Assembly (NCBI GenBank): GCA_001949185.1
Contig: BDGG01000018.1
Span: 588,693-652,692 of the forward strand
Direction: 5' to 3'
Source of the DNA: Ramazzottius varieornatus
Taxonomy: Eukaryota > Animalia > Tardigrada
Length of the DNA: 64,000 bases
A model generated the notes under the pieces. It searched no databases. It worked only from the letters and a program-made list of their open reading frames with translations, and had not been told where the DNA came from. The translations under genes were made by a program, and so were the position numbers. Shown here piece after piece: positions 49,705-62,096 of the stretch (the stretch's first letter is position 1; each line of letters begins with the position of its first letter).

Positions 49705-51196
49705 TACAATAGGACAAGCGGTCGCGACAGGCCTCAGCTCATCTCACTTGACATTAACTAAAATTCCGTTAGGTATAAGTTCCGTTAGAGTGCTCAATAC
49801 GTACTCGTGTACCAAGCTGGAACAAAAGATCGAGAAAACATTGCGATTTGTTCTAATCAGTTGCCGCATTTATAAAACAGTTTCGTCACGTGTACTTCGA
49901 CTTTCAGCTGGCGCACCAAATAATAATTTGCCAGGCTAGGCATTAGGACTATGATTTTTTGATACACAATCTCGCAAAAAACACAATGACCGAAGTAGCC
50001 AATGTGTCTTACGGCATGTCACCGAAGGAAACGGATGTAACGAGATATATGGAATGGCCGTTTTAAGTTTCACGAAATGTCCTTCGGGTCGCCAGAAAGC
50101 TGGGTTGGGCAAGCAGAAAATAGAAATCAAGGCATACTTTCAATAACCAATATTATTAAAACGGAGCAAAACCGAAAATGCTGGTGTCGTTATGCTGAAC
50201 TTGGTTTGGGTTTCAGAAATATTTAGCCCTCGAGGGCGGACCGTAAGAGTTGCGAAAAAATTTCTACTTTTTGGACGACCTCTGTATGACTCGAAAGAAT
50301 TTGTGTGAAAATCAAACAAAATGAAATTTTTCTAATGGCTTCAACTTCGCACCCTAAAGGACCTCGTAAGTCCAGTTTGTTCAGAGCGAGACCACGTGCG
50401 CTATCTAGTCTGAAATAACCATAAGTGTCAATATTTGTACTGCCATTCTGCTTTGCTTCCCGTTTTCGTTTTTCCACATCATCAACAAGCTGCGAGCGAA
50501 CCGAAGCGAACGGCTTGTAACACACATAAAGTGCTGGTTTTCTTTTCAGTCCCGTCCCGTTCAAGACCATTGCCTACCGAAGATGCCGATTTGAGTTATT
50601 CGGCTATTATACCAGTCTCTTCAATAACCCGTCTCAGTACAGAGATAGTTTGATGAACCCTTTTCCGTCATCCCACTGCTCGTGGGTTCGTCCACCCATG
50701 AGAGTTCTGGATCTGACCGAAACGAAGGAAGCGCTGGAACAAGCCGTCGCAAACTCCATCATCCAGTCCTTGCCGCCCCTTCCGAGCTCCATATGGGACA
50801 CTTTACGTGACAAAGTACGCGAGCTCTCCACGGTGTCGCAGATGAGATGGAAAGCAGAGTTGATAAGGTACTGTACGGGTTCACTGCCTCCTACCACGTG
50901 CTATAACGTTGATTTTTCTGCAGGAAGGAAAAAAGATTCTCCACGGCGCAGGCGGACGATATTAGCCTGGAAGACGTTGAGTGGAGTCAGTTGGGATGCC
51001 TGACCCTGCTGTTCTTCTTGTGTTTCGATGACGTACGAATTGTCGCGAACTGATAACATAACAGTTAAGCCAAAGCTGTTTTTCCGCTAGCTTTTCGCGG
51101 GCCATGCAATGGTTAGCAATCTTAAACATCACTAATATTTCGGAAAGAATAAAAGCATCAAAACTGATCGATCATCATTTTTGAAGCGACACTTTT

Positions 51197-51364
51197 CGGT
51201 CGCATGTGCGTCACGTGAAGACTACCGGGTCGACGATAAAAACGATTGGCGCCAGTCCCGATCGCAGTGGATGGACGTCTAGTAGACCGGGGCCGGAGAT
51301 GATGCAAAGCCTGAATTCGAAAACACCCTTTTAAAATACAAGGAAGTTTTCTTCATGCGGGAAG
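51197..51364 (+). repeat. Diverged dispersed repeat, copy 2 (see 39371)
   Basis: Alignment by eye. Confidence 0.6.
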
Positions 51365-51553
51365 GAATGATAGATTGTCAGCCTAGGTCTGTACACGCGC
51401 CTGTGAGCATGGACAAAACTGTGGACCACGGAGCGAAAGCGGCACGGGACAGCTGAAGTCGACCAATCAATTAAATCAATCGCCACAGCGCCGCTCTCGC
51501 TCGGTGGCCTACAGTTTTGTCCAGGCCACAATTAGGCCAAGCGCGTGTACATA

Positions 51554-51868
51554 CCCATTACGGCGGTGATGTTCATAACGTGACCAATCAAGGGATCAAA
51601 ATTTGCTGNNNNNNNNNNNNNNNNNNNNNNNNNNNNNNNNNNNNNNNNNNNNNNNNNNAAGATACCTCTCCAAATGTGTGTTTTAACTTGTATTTCAGAC
51701 AAGACGGTCGGAACAAGCTCGAAGTACAGAGGAACACCTGCTGAATGCCAAACAGCTGATTGCACCGGAAACGGCAATCAAGGCTTTTGATTGCACCGCC
51801 CTGTGTTGACGTCAGCAAATTTTGATCGCTTGATTGGTCATGTTACGAACATTTACTGTCGCAATGGG
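51554..51868. mobile_element. MITE-like inverted-repeat element spanning an assembly gap (N at 51609-51658)
   Basis: cccattacggcggtgatgttcataacgtgaccaatcaagggatcaaaatttgctg vs cagcaaattttgatcgcttgattggtcatgttacgaacatttactgtcgcaatggg. Confidence 0.65.
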
Positions 51869-52858
51869 CCAATGGTACCACCGCAAGTTGAGATTTGGTA
51901 TGCCAATTCTTCAGTTCGTGCTTGCGGCTCTCGATATCTTTTTCGACCCTGACATAACTGTTCACGGTAGCAATAAGGGAGAGACTGATCTTCCTATTCT
52001 AGCTTGTCGTTACTCTTCTCCGGCTTATCTGTCTCCTCGTTTAACGTGGTTCGTAAAACGACCGTCGTACCGTCAAGGTGGGCGTTTTTGTTTCGATCTG
52101 GGCCGAATTCGCACTTGCCATTTTGACAAACCTTCCTATAATGAAAAACCATAACTGCTACATTCATCTGCAAAATAAATGTCACAGTAATCGGAAACTT
52201 ATGCAGTTAGCTCAACCCACCGAAATTTCGAGGTTCTTGTGGGTGATCACATTCGACTGTTTCTTGACCTTCTCGAAGGCTTATGCGTGACTTTGTGGTT
52301 CTTCCGTGGCCATCTTGCACTGTCTCAAGTGTAGAGAAGTCCACCTAAAACATTTTATTGTTGAAAAAAGGCTAAAAAGACAATCAGTCGGATGGCGTAT
52401 TCGGACAACGCCGGCTTACCTTCGTCAGAAGCTCAAAGGGTTGCTCCATGTGATTTCGTATAGCTTCCATCGCCTTCATGTTGGCTCCTCGATTCAAGAT
52501 ACTGTAGCTTTTAAGCGCATACTTTCTGTTGAGATGATCAAATGCTAGAAGAAAACCGAACAATTTTCACGAAGAACTAGAAGAATACGTACAAGGAGAA
52601 TACAAACAAATAGCTCGGCAAGACGAATTTATAGACCGTCACGTACCCGGAACCAAAGCATCATTTTCTTGCTCGTGATCACACCTCCGTGATCAGGCCG
52701 TGGGTCTCTAAGGTTGTCTAAGATCTTTCGCTCGAACTCCTCTTTTAGTTCACGGATATGATCGAGGTACATCTCGGCATCACGCACTGTACTGTGTAAT
52801 GAAAGAAGAGGTTTATAAGTTGCCTATAATTCAGGCCTACAAGCTCGACCTGACCATT

Positions 52859-52926
52859 TAAGTGGCATACGCTCTCATCCAGTAACAGCACTTGAGAAAA
52901 CAATCTTGTCGAGTTTGTTTGTCGAG
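52859..52926. repeat. Palindromic repeat, internally deleted unit with intact right arm
   Basis: taagtggcatac...cacttgagaaaacaatcttgtcgagtttgtttgtcgag. Confidence 0.75.
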
Positions 52927-53473
52927 CTCCGAATGTTATGGCTGAAGCCATACATAACAACTGAAGTTCGTCATCGGTAAGATTTTATTTTTTGTCGACG
53001 AATCCCGCGAATCGAGCTGAAAAGGGCAGCTAGAAACCTTTGGGCTTTCTGGTGGTGAAACGAACAGGGAGTCCATCTTTGCAAGAGAAACTTAGTGCTT
53101 GCAACTTCACTTCCGGTTCCTTGATATTTACTGCAACTGGAAATGCGTACCAGATCACAACGACTAACACACCATTCCGCCGAAAGAAAACACAGACTTG
53201 ATCGGGGGGTGAGGGGTGATCGGATGAGGATGTAATGCAGGTCTTACAGAGAAAGACAGGACAGGCGGTACCGGGACGTGGTGGCAGAGCCGCAGTAGTC
53301 TCACGCGGAACTTTGCTATGAGAATGCCGAGATCTCTTTTTCTCCAGGCCCGAATACATAAATCATGCGATAAGGGCCTAATGCGCTTCGTCTACACAGG
53401 CAGGTCTGCTAAAACACTTCCTCTTTTCCAAAATTTGGGAACTCAGCGAACGAACTCGACAAAATTGCTTTCC

Positions 53474-53522
53474 CAACTAGCGCACATTGTTAGTGTTTCT
53501 GGCTGAAAGCGTGCGCCACTTT
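53474..53522. repeat. Palindromic 12-25-12 repeat, 1 unit with both arms
   Basis: Spacer 25. Confidence 0.9.
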
Positions 53523-54670
53523 GAAAACGATATGTCGGGTTCGTTTGCCGAGATTCCATTTCGGTAAAATCTTTGGTGTAATGTTCTCGTCGAACTGTTC
53601 TTCTTAACGGAAACCTTCGCAATTCTTCAAGGAAGTGCTCGGAGCAGAAGCACTGCAAGTGCGAGCTTCCAGATAGCGAGGTTGCTTTTAGGTGAACTCG
53701 CATGTACAGCTTACTGCACCCGCGTTCCTGTAGACTGCTACCTCATAGCATGCACGTGAAGAAACAAAAGAACCACACACTATAGATTCCTGACCGACTA
53801 AATGATGGATACCTCAGCTTTCTAGAACCACTTGACATTATAAAGTTAATATTCCATTGTAATATAACTGTTATCTCGACCCATGTACCGAGTTGCGCGA
53901 GTTGTCGGAAGAGATGAGGATTGATGGCTCAGTACCAGACTGCCCGGCGTCTCGATCCAGCAGTAACTTTTCTCTACGTTGGTAGATGTCCTTGGCCTTC
54001 ATGCAGACTGGACTGTAAGACATACCCAGTCCAGTATCTGGGAACTAGACTGCAAAATATTGCGGCGTATGAGGAGTTTTTTCGGACTGGGTATTTTATT
54101 CAGTGGTCCAAATTGTTCAGGAAGCGATTTTATCGTCTGGGTCAGTTTTGGGTCGGTTTGAAACGGCTGACGCAGACTTGTGCATCAGTCATCTGGTCCA
54201 AAATTCAGAGTGGATTGATGGTTATCAAGTTATAAAATCATGTTTCTTGCAACGCTTGCCGCAGAGCTAGCCAGGCTTGTACAATCTAAGACCGGCTCCT
54301 GTTACAACCTAGAACATGGAAAGTAGTCGGCTTCAGTCAGGAAGATCGAAGTTAAAACAAAAGGAAGATGATTTCAAGGCGGAAACGAAGCCATTTAAAC
54401 ACGAGCGCACGTGGCAGGCTTTCGCGATCAAATACCGAACGTCCACTCCTACTGCTTGAAACGGACTGGTAAGCCCGTGTGGCTTGCCAAATTCATTCTC
54501 AAAAATAACCCACGCGGACCCATCAACGTGAAACCACGCTTCCTACAGGGGTAAGTGGTCAGCAGAAAGAGTGACCACTGGTCAGTTATTACCTATGTAA
54601 CGGTCAGCAGACCACAGCTGACCGTTACTGTTACTGTGACGGTTACCACAGCTCACCGTTTGGACGCTCA

Positions 54671-55380
54671 CGAGGGTATTTAGCCAATGCTCCAGTCTTA
54701 TTTCACAAACTGAAACGACAGAGAGGTAGAGGAGAGTTCTCTCTATCGACTAGGATAGACCAGGTCGGCAGAAAAAAATCCTGGAAGACACAACAGGAAG
54801 CGGAAGTGACGTCCAAATCTGGGCGAAACATCGGCATCAGTCAAGTAATTTGATTGTTTGCTGGTTGATTCGCTATTTGATTGGTCTGTAACACTATATG
54901 GGTAGAAGAGCAGCTGATCACCACAGTTTCGATTGTTGTGTCAAACTTTGTTCTCTTTTCTCGTTTTCTCTCCTCCAGTTATCGCAGACATGGATTCTGT
55001 TAACCCCTTGAACATCCTAAAGCTTTTGGAGATGGACTATGAACAGGATTTTCAACCCAACGACTCTCCAAGTGACCATGACAAATTGCTCAAGGCACTC
55101 ATCAAAGGTATGGTAGGCTTGTTGATAAGGTATACACTTGAAGCCTATCCGAATCCATCATTTGCTTGCAGACTTCCTGGATATTCACATCAACCAAGCT
55201 GGAAGTCCGATCTTGGCCAGATCCAGCCTCTAGATGTGCTGTGTTTCCGAATGTACAAAGGATACATTCGAAAGGTGTCAAATTGGATATTTCTGAACGA
55301 TCAACCTGTACAGGTTCACCATCGGGACGTTATTCTCAAGCTGCATTCGCTGATCTATCAGCGGTTCACTTCTCCTAGGT
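54671..55380 (+). mobile_element. Internally deleted Tc5-like transposon (TIR and exon 1 fused to the C-terminal catalytic segment)
   Basis: TCA|CGAGGG terminus, caggaagcggaagtgacgtc block, MDSVNPLNILKLLE...LIKG|gt, then IQPLDVLCFRMYKG...VHHRDVILKLHSL. Confidence 0.85.
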
Positions 55381-58300
55381 TGCCAACTTGGTTGCCAACT
55401 TGAGAGCCTGATGTTGTTATTTACGATCTGTTATGGATTTTGCGTTCAAGCCTGGTTGGAATATCTTTTTGGCTGAGCTGCTTTTGAGAACTTCAGTTTA
55501 GAACCTAAATGTTTCGCTTTGAATTGCTTGAATAGCTGATCCTTGCTTAGTGTCCATGTGACAACCCAAGGCTGTTGGGCGGTGCAAACTTGAGTAAAGT
55601 TTGATTCATCAATGGTTCAGTAAATCCAAAAAGTTTTGGGTTCAAATAACTCATCGGTTTAGCTTCCGTTCAAGGCCACCCTGGCAGCGGTTAAGGTCAT
55701 GAAAATAGTCATAAACTAGCATTTATCGCAAACAACGGGCGAAGCGCTCATTCATCGTATGACGCGCACTGCGTAGAAAAATAAACGTTGGCATGCAGAG
55801 AGGCAGAGAGGAATAAGTGAGGAGCCTGGCTTTATACTCACCCCGCAGACATTCGGACGGCAACAATGACCATGCCGCAATATACTTCCTTAAATAAAAA
55901 TCATCGTACTGTGATGCTTCATTGACTTCGCGAAGTACGTCATCATACGCGTCAAGTTGAACCCCGGTCCGAAAATTTTGCCCTACCAACCCCCTGAGGG
56001 ATGTTTCGCGCGTACGATCACGTGATTCGCGAAGTTCATGAAGCATTACAGTACGAGAACTTAACAGCAGATAACCGAATAGCCAAAAGAGCGGGCTACC
56101 ATTCGATGCTAATTACAAAATCAAAAGAAATTTGCGGCGTGGTTTGTAAGCAGTGATGTCGATGTTGCGGCCAGACTCAGAGAAAGGCCAGAAAGGAGAG
56201 ATTTTCGACCTTTGAGCGTTTTTTATATAATTCAAGGCCTGATTGTCCTACGTTTCTCGTTCAAAAACTTGAAGGCTTCTTCTAGTGCGGTTTATGCAAA
56301 CGTTTGTTTCAGAAATTATTTCCGGCTTCGTATCGAATTGAGAACTCGAACGCTGTGTTCAAGAACACAGTGCTTGAATGAATCCGCTGTCTATTCTCTT
56401 TCCACCTTTCCCCCGTTAACCAATTGAGGCCAAAGAGTTTCACGGGCTCAACCGCTGCAGGAGTGGCTTTGTTCCGCTCATGTCGTTGCTTGTCGGAAAA
56501 AAGATATGAAGCTTTTCGAGAAACCGTGTTATCAGTCGTCCACCCTACATTTCGGCATTGTTTCGATAAAATTGCTATATCGACCAGCAATTTAATCCAG
56601 AAGTGCAGGTGAGTAGACGACAGTTTTTGCCAGAGGGAAAACAGCGAAAAATTCGCACCGGAGGGGCTACACGGCTGCGCCTCCCTAGTCGCGTGTTGAG
56701 TCTCGGCTTCCTCGGAACATTTTTTCCAGCCACGTTATTTTCAAAGATTGCGAAGGGGATAAATAATGAAGCTAAAATAGCTATGAGAACGAACATACAT
56801 TCAGCCGAGAGCGCCCTAAAGCTTTCGAGGTAGTAGTCATTTAGCGAAACCACTGTTTATAAGCCTGCTGATCGTGCACTTCCATCAACACTATCGCAAA
56901 ATCTCAGAGAATCGGCAATGTACGAAATGAAATAAAACTGGGAATCCGTAGATGGCGGAGTTCATCGACCTGTCGGGATAAAGTGATTGACGGGAAACTC
57001 AAAATCCTTCCGCGTTTGCTTGACTACATATTTCGGTTTATTCTATTGATCCTTATTCTTTTTGACGAACTCAGACAGGACAACTGTGTCTTGTTTGGGG
57101 ACATGCTATCGGGGTTCTTGTGCAGGCCGGGTTCTCGATAGAAGATCGAGGTTGAACTCGGTGAATCGGTTAGTTTCCGCTAACACAGTGAAAAAGAGAA
57201 TACAGTACGTCACGAGCCTTGAAACTTTCAGCTGGCTCGTGCGGCAGAACGAACGAAGGGAATAAATGATAACAAACTCAGACACAGTTGTACCATAGTA
57301 ACCATGCATGCGTAGCCGGCGCACTTGTTACCCTACCAGCAAGGGGTAAACCCCTGGAAAAGCCTCGCTCAGTGTGCCCGTAACTCGAAGGAACATGACG
57401 ACTTCATAGATAACTGACACCTAAACGGAAGAATTTTATGCACTCATGTCTGTAGTCAGGAAACCTCTAGAACCAAACTATACGAGAACCCAGAATACAA
57501 ACTGTGTAATGAACGATGCCAAACGCCGTGGCACACGGTACCATGTACTGAAACGATCTCCGCACTCTGTACACCCTTTACCTCCTGCTGCATCGCACTT
57601 CGGCGGTTTCGCAGCCTCCGTGCTCTCTGGAATTGTCACAAGTACTGTACTTGAAACAACAGGGGGCTAGGGTACCTGTACCCCCTGTCACCTCCGTTTA
57701 CCTAAACCGCTAAATCGAGGCCGGGAGCAGCGCCGTTGATGAGCTGCTATACCAGGCCTTGGGGGAGAGTGGAACACAGGTTCGAGCGGTTGACGGATTA
57801 CGCTATGCGAATATCGAAGCGGGGAGAATGTTCGTTTCGTCATCGACCATACGACCGAAACCGAGGAAAACTGCAGCGCCAGCAGAATAAATGTATTCCT
57901 GCAGGTCATGCTTTGAAAAAGCCAGACCATGACTTGATTTCTCGACCTTTGGCGTCGTTGCTGGTGGGTCCTCTTCTGCCACCTATAGAGGCTGGCGAAT
58001 CATTTAGGGTTTAGGCACGCCGGGGTTTGCAGAAGGCGAGGTACTGCAGCCATACAGTGAACAGCACCGGTCAGTGTTGCGGAGAGCCCGGGCAGATATA
58101 CTTCAGACGACAGGGGGCTGCGCCCCTGTAACCCCTGCCGTATTGCACTTCTGCGGCTCGCCACCTTCGTACTCTGGAACCGCAAAATCGAGGCCCGAAA
58201 CCGCACTGGCCGGTGCTGGACAGAGGATCCGTTACATGTCTGGAATCGGAATCGCTCGGGTTAGAGCGCCACCCAGCCCGAACTCGCAGTTCTTGCCTGA

Positions 58301-59494
58301 GAACAGGAGCTTCGCCGCCTCCTCGGTGACTGATTCTTGAAGGAGGCAGTTCGTCGCAGGAGGTGCGCTGGTGTTGCAACTACGCGAAACTTCGCTTCGC
58401 TCGGTTACACAAACTTGTAACAACCAATGTCAACCATCAGCGCACCTCCAGCAACTCACTGTCACCGCTATTATTGTACTCTCGCGATACACGCGGACAT
58501 ACCTGTGGCCAGGCATAGTGCTGCGCAAGCCAATGTGACAAACTGCTGGTGCCCGTATGTAGTGTTCGTCATGTGACCATCGACCTGCAGTCGGATCGGC
58601 TTATTCGGGCGAATTCAGCCTACGTAACGGTTCCATGGGTGCAGCGTAAGTACACGGCTAAAACATCGGTTTGAGCCGTGACGTCAGAATCAACATTGCC
58701 ATTCCCTAACTGTTTGTCACATTTGAGTTTTCCAGCGCCATGGATGCCTGTGGTGTCATCCCCGGCTGTGCTGGCGCAAACAATTATTTTTCGTGCTAGT
58801 AATTGGAGCCGAACCGATGTAAGTAGCATGTACGTATGCTGCAATTAGGCTAGTTTGCCTGGTAAAATTGGCGAATTGTCTCTTTCTGGCCATACCAACC
58901 CGTGTGCTTTGCTGACGTAATGAGCCATACATCTGAGGTCTCGCTGCTAACACGAAAAATAATTTTTTGCGCCAGCACTGTCCCCGGTCACGGTGTACGT
59001 TATGGATGGTGATTGCTGAATCGATCTACCGGAAGGGGGGGGGTGGGGGGCTGTATGGACGTACGATATCCGTATAACCGCGTGTATGGCGAGAGCACAG
59101 TAAGTCGCTCACCCAGCCGCAGGCGTCTTCTTCATCATCGAAAAATGTTTGCATCACGATAACCAGCTCGTCAGATCACAATGTTGGTCGATTTAGCAGT
59201 AAGCTGATCGGCAAAAGCGAACTTTAAAGGTCACATGGTTGTCAGCTTACGACACTATGAGTACGTTCACGCAGCCACATACATCCGTTTCGGTTAACGG
59301 CGAAGCGTGTGTGTGCAGATGCGTGAGATTTTGTTCTGATGCACTGGGTATAACGCGCCAGCCAATGGGCATGCGTTTGGCTCCGAGTCCGCCCCAAAAA
59401 TTGCCATTCCTTTGTGGCCAAACTTGACATGGGGACGTTTCCGATTAAGAACTCCTCGCTTCGTTCGGCTTGATTACCTTATTGGAGAGGTAAC

Positions 59495-60046
59495 AAGTGC
59501 GACGACCTTTAAGAAAAAGGGACCTGTTTTTCCGCACCATGCGGTTTCCTTCCTACAACGTGTGCCACCGGACTAATGTTCGGAAAAGGGATAAATTGGT
59601 CTTTTTAACTCTTTTAGATAAACAGGGCTTGGTGGTGATGGTAGAGATGCAGACTGAAAAGTGCAAAGCCTGCACGAGTTTCCGCGCCTCAGCGGCTGAA
59701 AGTAACGTGGGTCTGGGAAACAAGCTGCAATATCACTGGGCATGCTGACGAAACGCTGACTTCTACCCGAAACAGCTGCATGGCTACTGCTCAATGTTCA
59801 TGCTGGCAGTATACCCGTTGGTGGCGTGGCTTGCTCACAGACTGTGGTAATTTTTACCATCAGAGGTGTGAGAACTCGTGCGGCCCTTGGACTCCCCAAC
59901 TTGCATTTCTGCCACCATCTACAAGTCATGTTTATCTGAAAGTTCAGGCTATTTCTTTTCTGAGCATTGGGTCGGTGGCACACGTTGAAGTACAGAAACC
60001 GCATCATACGGAAAAAAGGCAAGTTTTTATAAAGGTCGCCACACTT
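59495..60046. mobile_element. ~550-bp element with ~110-bp imperfect TIRs
   Basis: aagtgcgacgacctttaagaaaa...tgcggtttc...caacgtgtgccaccg vs cggtggcacacgttg...gaaaccgca...tttttataaaggtcgccacactt. Confidence 0.65.
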
Positions 60047-60328
60047 ATAGCAAAAGTCATCGTACTTAACACTTTCGAATAAGTAATAAAGTAACAAGTG
60101 CGCCGGCAAAATACGTGTTTCTGGCCGTTTTTGCCGGTTCCTCCATTTCCGCTGTCGTACGTCACCACCACCTTGTCCCCGCAGTCCACTACTACGTCTT
60201 CCGTATCCGCTGCAACCGCGTTCACCATGGTATTGTCCACCGCCTCTTTGTCCGATGCATCGACCGCCACCACGTCCAGTGTGAGTTTCTCCAGCATATC
60301 CGTCCACTGCTTTCTTGCTGTGTCGGAC

Positions 60329-61197
60329 ACAGGTGTGATGCGAGCAAGACGACGTCGCCATGAAAAGTCGCCGCATTTGAACTAAGAGGAGTTGTGCACG
60401 CGCTGGGTATAAGTGCAGGTAATGACTTGCCCGTGCACACGTTGCGTCATTAAATGAAGCCGTGACTCGTACAGCCCGTACCACTCATGTGTCCCCCGGT
60501 CGAATCGCGCACCCTGCTGGCTTATAGATCCTCTTATTGCGCCACTGTACCATCACTTACTACCGAGTGCACCGAGAAGGCTTGAGCAGTATCCAAACAT
60601 TCACGCATCAATCTGCTTAGGTCTTCCCTATTTAATGACGTTGCTGTGAGGGGATGCTTTTAATTACGGAGAGGATTACGGGTGGCAGAAGTATTAAATG
60701 ATTTCTCCCTTTCGAGCTTGATGAAGCGGAATATTCAAGTTCCGCGCGGGAGGGACTGCCTTAACGTCAAGAAGAGACGATAGCACAGACTGCCCAAAGT
60801 GTATGCTCTGCTGAAAACAGCCGTCTTGTGGTAAACCGTAACTGGCAATCGCACGAAAAGACAGGTAAACAAACCTGTTCCGTTCCCAATGATAACAAGG
60901 CAATTCAGAAGAACAATGACGAAACTCAGAACAGAATCGAAGAGGCACTGTTCTACTGAACAAAATCTCGTTGGAAAATTTGAAATTTCCGAAAAGCAGT
61001 AATTGTTTACCGGAAATCAATCAAGCCCTATATGTTGAGACTTCAATCAGCCGAACACACAACGTACCAACAGGATTACTCGACTCGAATGATGAGTGCA
61101 AGCGTGGCTCGGCTGTGAGTTAAGCGCGTGTGTGTCACGAGGTTTTACCGGCCAATACGGCAAACCACGTGACTTCGTCTTGCGTAAATCCCATCTG
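60329..61197 (+). repeat. ~850-bp diverged dispersed repeat, copy 2 (see 42125)
   Basis: Colinear similarity with 42125-42976. Confidence 0.85.
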
Positions 61198-61738
61198 AAT
61201 CTTGCAGGGAGTGAATGCGTGACAGCCTGCGAAACGGGCCAGTTGTGAGGATGTAAGGTGGAATATTGTAGGAACTAACCGAGCTTTTACTCTTCGCTTG
61301 TCCGACTGCGATGGGAAGAATTGCCTTCTTCCTAGGCGAGAAGCACGGAAAGAGGAACTTCACCGTGCTCCTGGATTCGGTGTTCCGCGTAGGTCAGTTT
61401 TTCGTGGACCTGCAACGATTACAGCCGATTTAGAGACATTCATCACAAGACAAAAGCTGGCCCAAGGTGGACGAACCAAGATGTGCAACTTACATCCAGC
61501 AACAGCTCCTCCACAGACTCCATTCTTGACTCAAGGCTTTGCAGTTTCTCCATGAGCTGCTTCTCGGCCTCGGTCACGACAGGGTTGGCCGTGAAAACTC
61601 AGCTTGAAGGGAGCTTATTCTAGAAAGCAAAAGTTGCTTTGTGGCTTCTCTAACAGCGGAAATTCTCATCAGTTCAATATGCGAAAGTAACTTGGATAAT
61701 CGGAACCCTGGCAAACAATTTCGACGGAATCGTTCTTC

Positions 61739-61787
61739 CAAGTAGCGCACGCCTCCAGCCGAAAACACTGGAAACGTGCGCCACCGA
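61739..61787. repeat. Palindromic 12-25-12 repeat, 1 unit with arms
   Basis: Spacer 25. Confidence 0.9.
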
Positions 61788-62051
61788 TCTTGTCGAGTTC
61801 GTCTGCCGAGCTCCCTTTCCCGAAATCCTGTTGAAACGCCTATTCTAACTCAGAATTCAAAAGCGGACAAACCGAGCTTGGAGTTTGACAGCCTCGCTCT
61901 CGAGATAGTCAGCATAGTCCATGTAATTAGCGAACTGCGCGTTGGTATCCTCGGCTCGCCTCGGTCCTCCATATCGTCCAGCAGTTTCAACGACTGCTTC
62001 TTCCGGACTTCATTCCTTGAATGCCTATTCGTCAAGAGTAAAAGCTAAGAG

Positions 62052-62096
62052 TATACAAGGACAGCAGGATCTCCGTATACAAGGACAGCAGGATCT
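62052..62096. repeat. Tandem duplication of gtatacaaggacagcaggatct
   Basis: Directly visible. Confidence 0.8.

Noticed and set aside
53443-53703. THAP domain suggested by CSEHF
   Set aside because: No upstream C-x-C, FP or W elements; the ORF runs into the palindromic repeat.
57661-58140. GC-rich hairpins as Helitron 3' ends
   Set aside because: No correctly placed CTRR terminus or Rep/helicase remnant identified.
9032-61768. Many short ORFs sharing CATW/KWRT/VAH/VRHL/SGA peptides as a protein family
   Set aside because: These are translations of the palindromic DNA repeat in different frames.
187-61787. CRISPR array interpretation of the repeat/spacer pattern
   Set aside because: Eukaryotic intronic context, alternating inverted 12-mers rather than direct repeats, spacers related to one another, at most 3 units per locus, and no cas genes.
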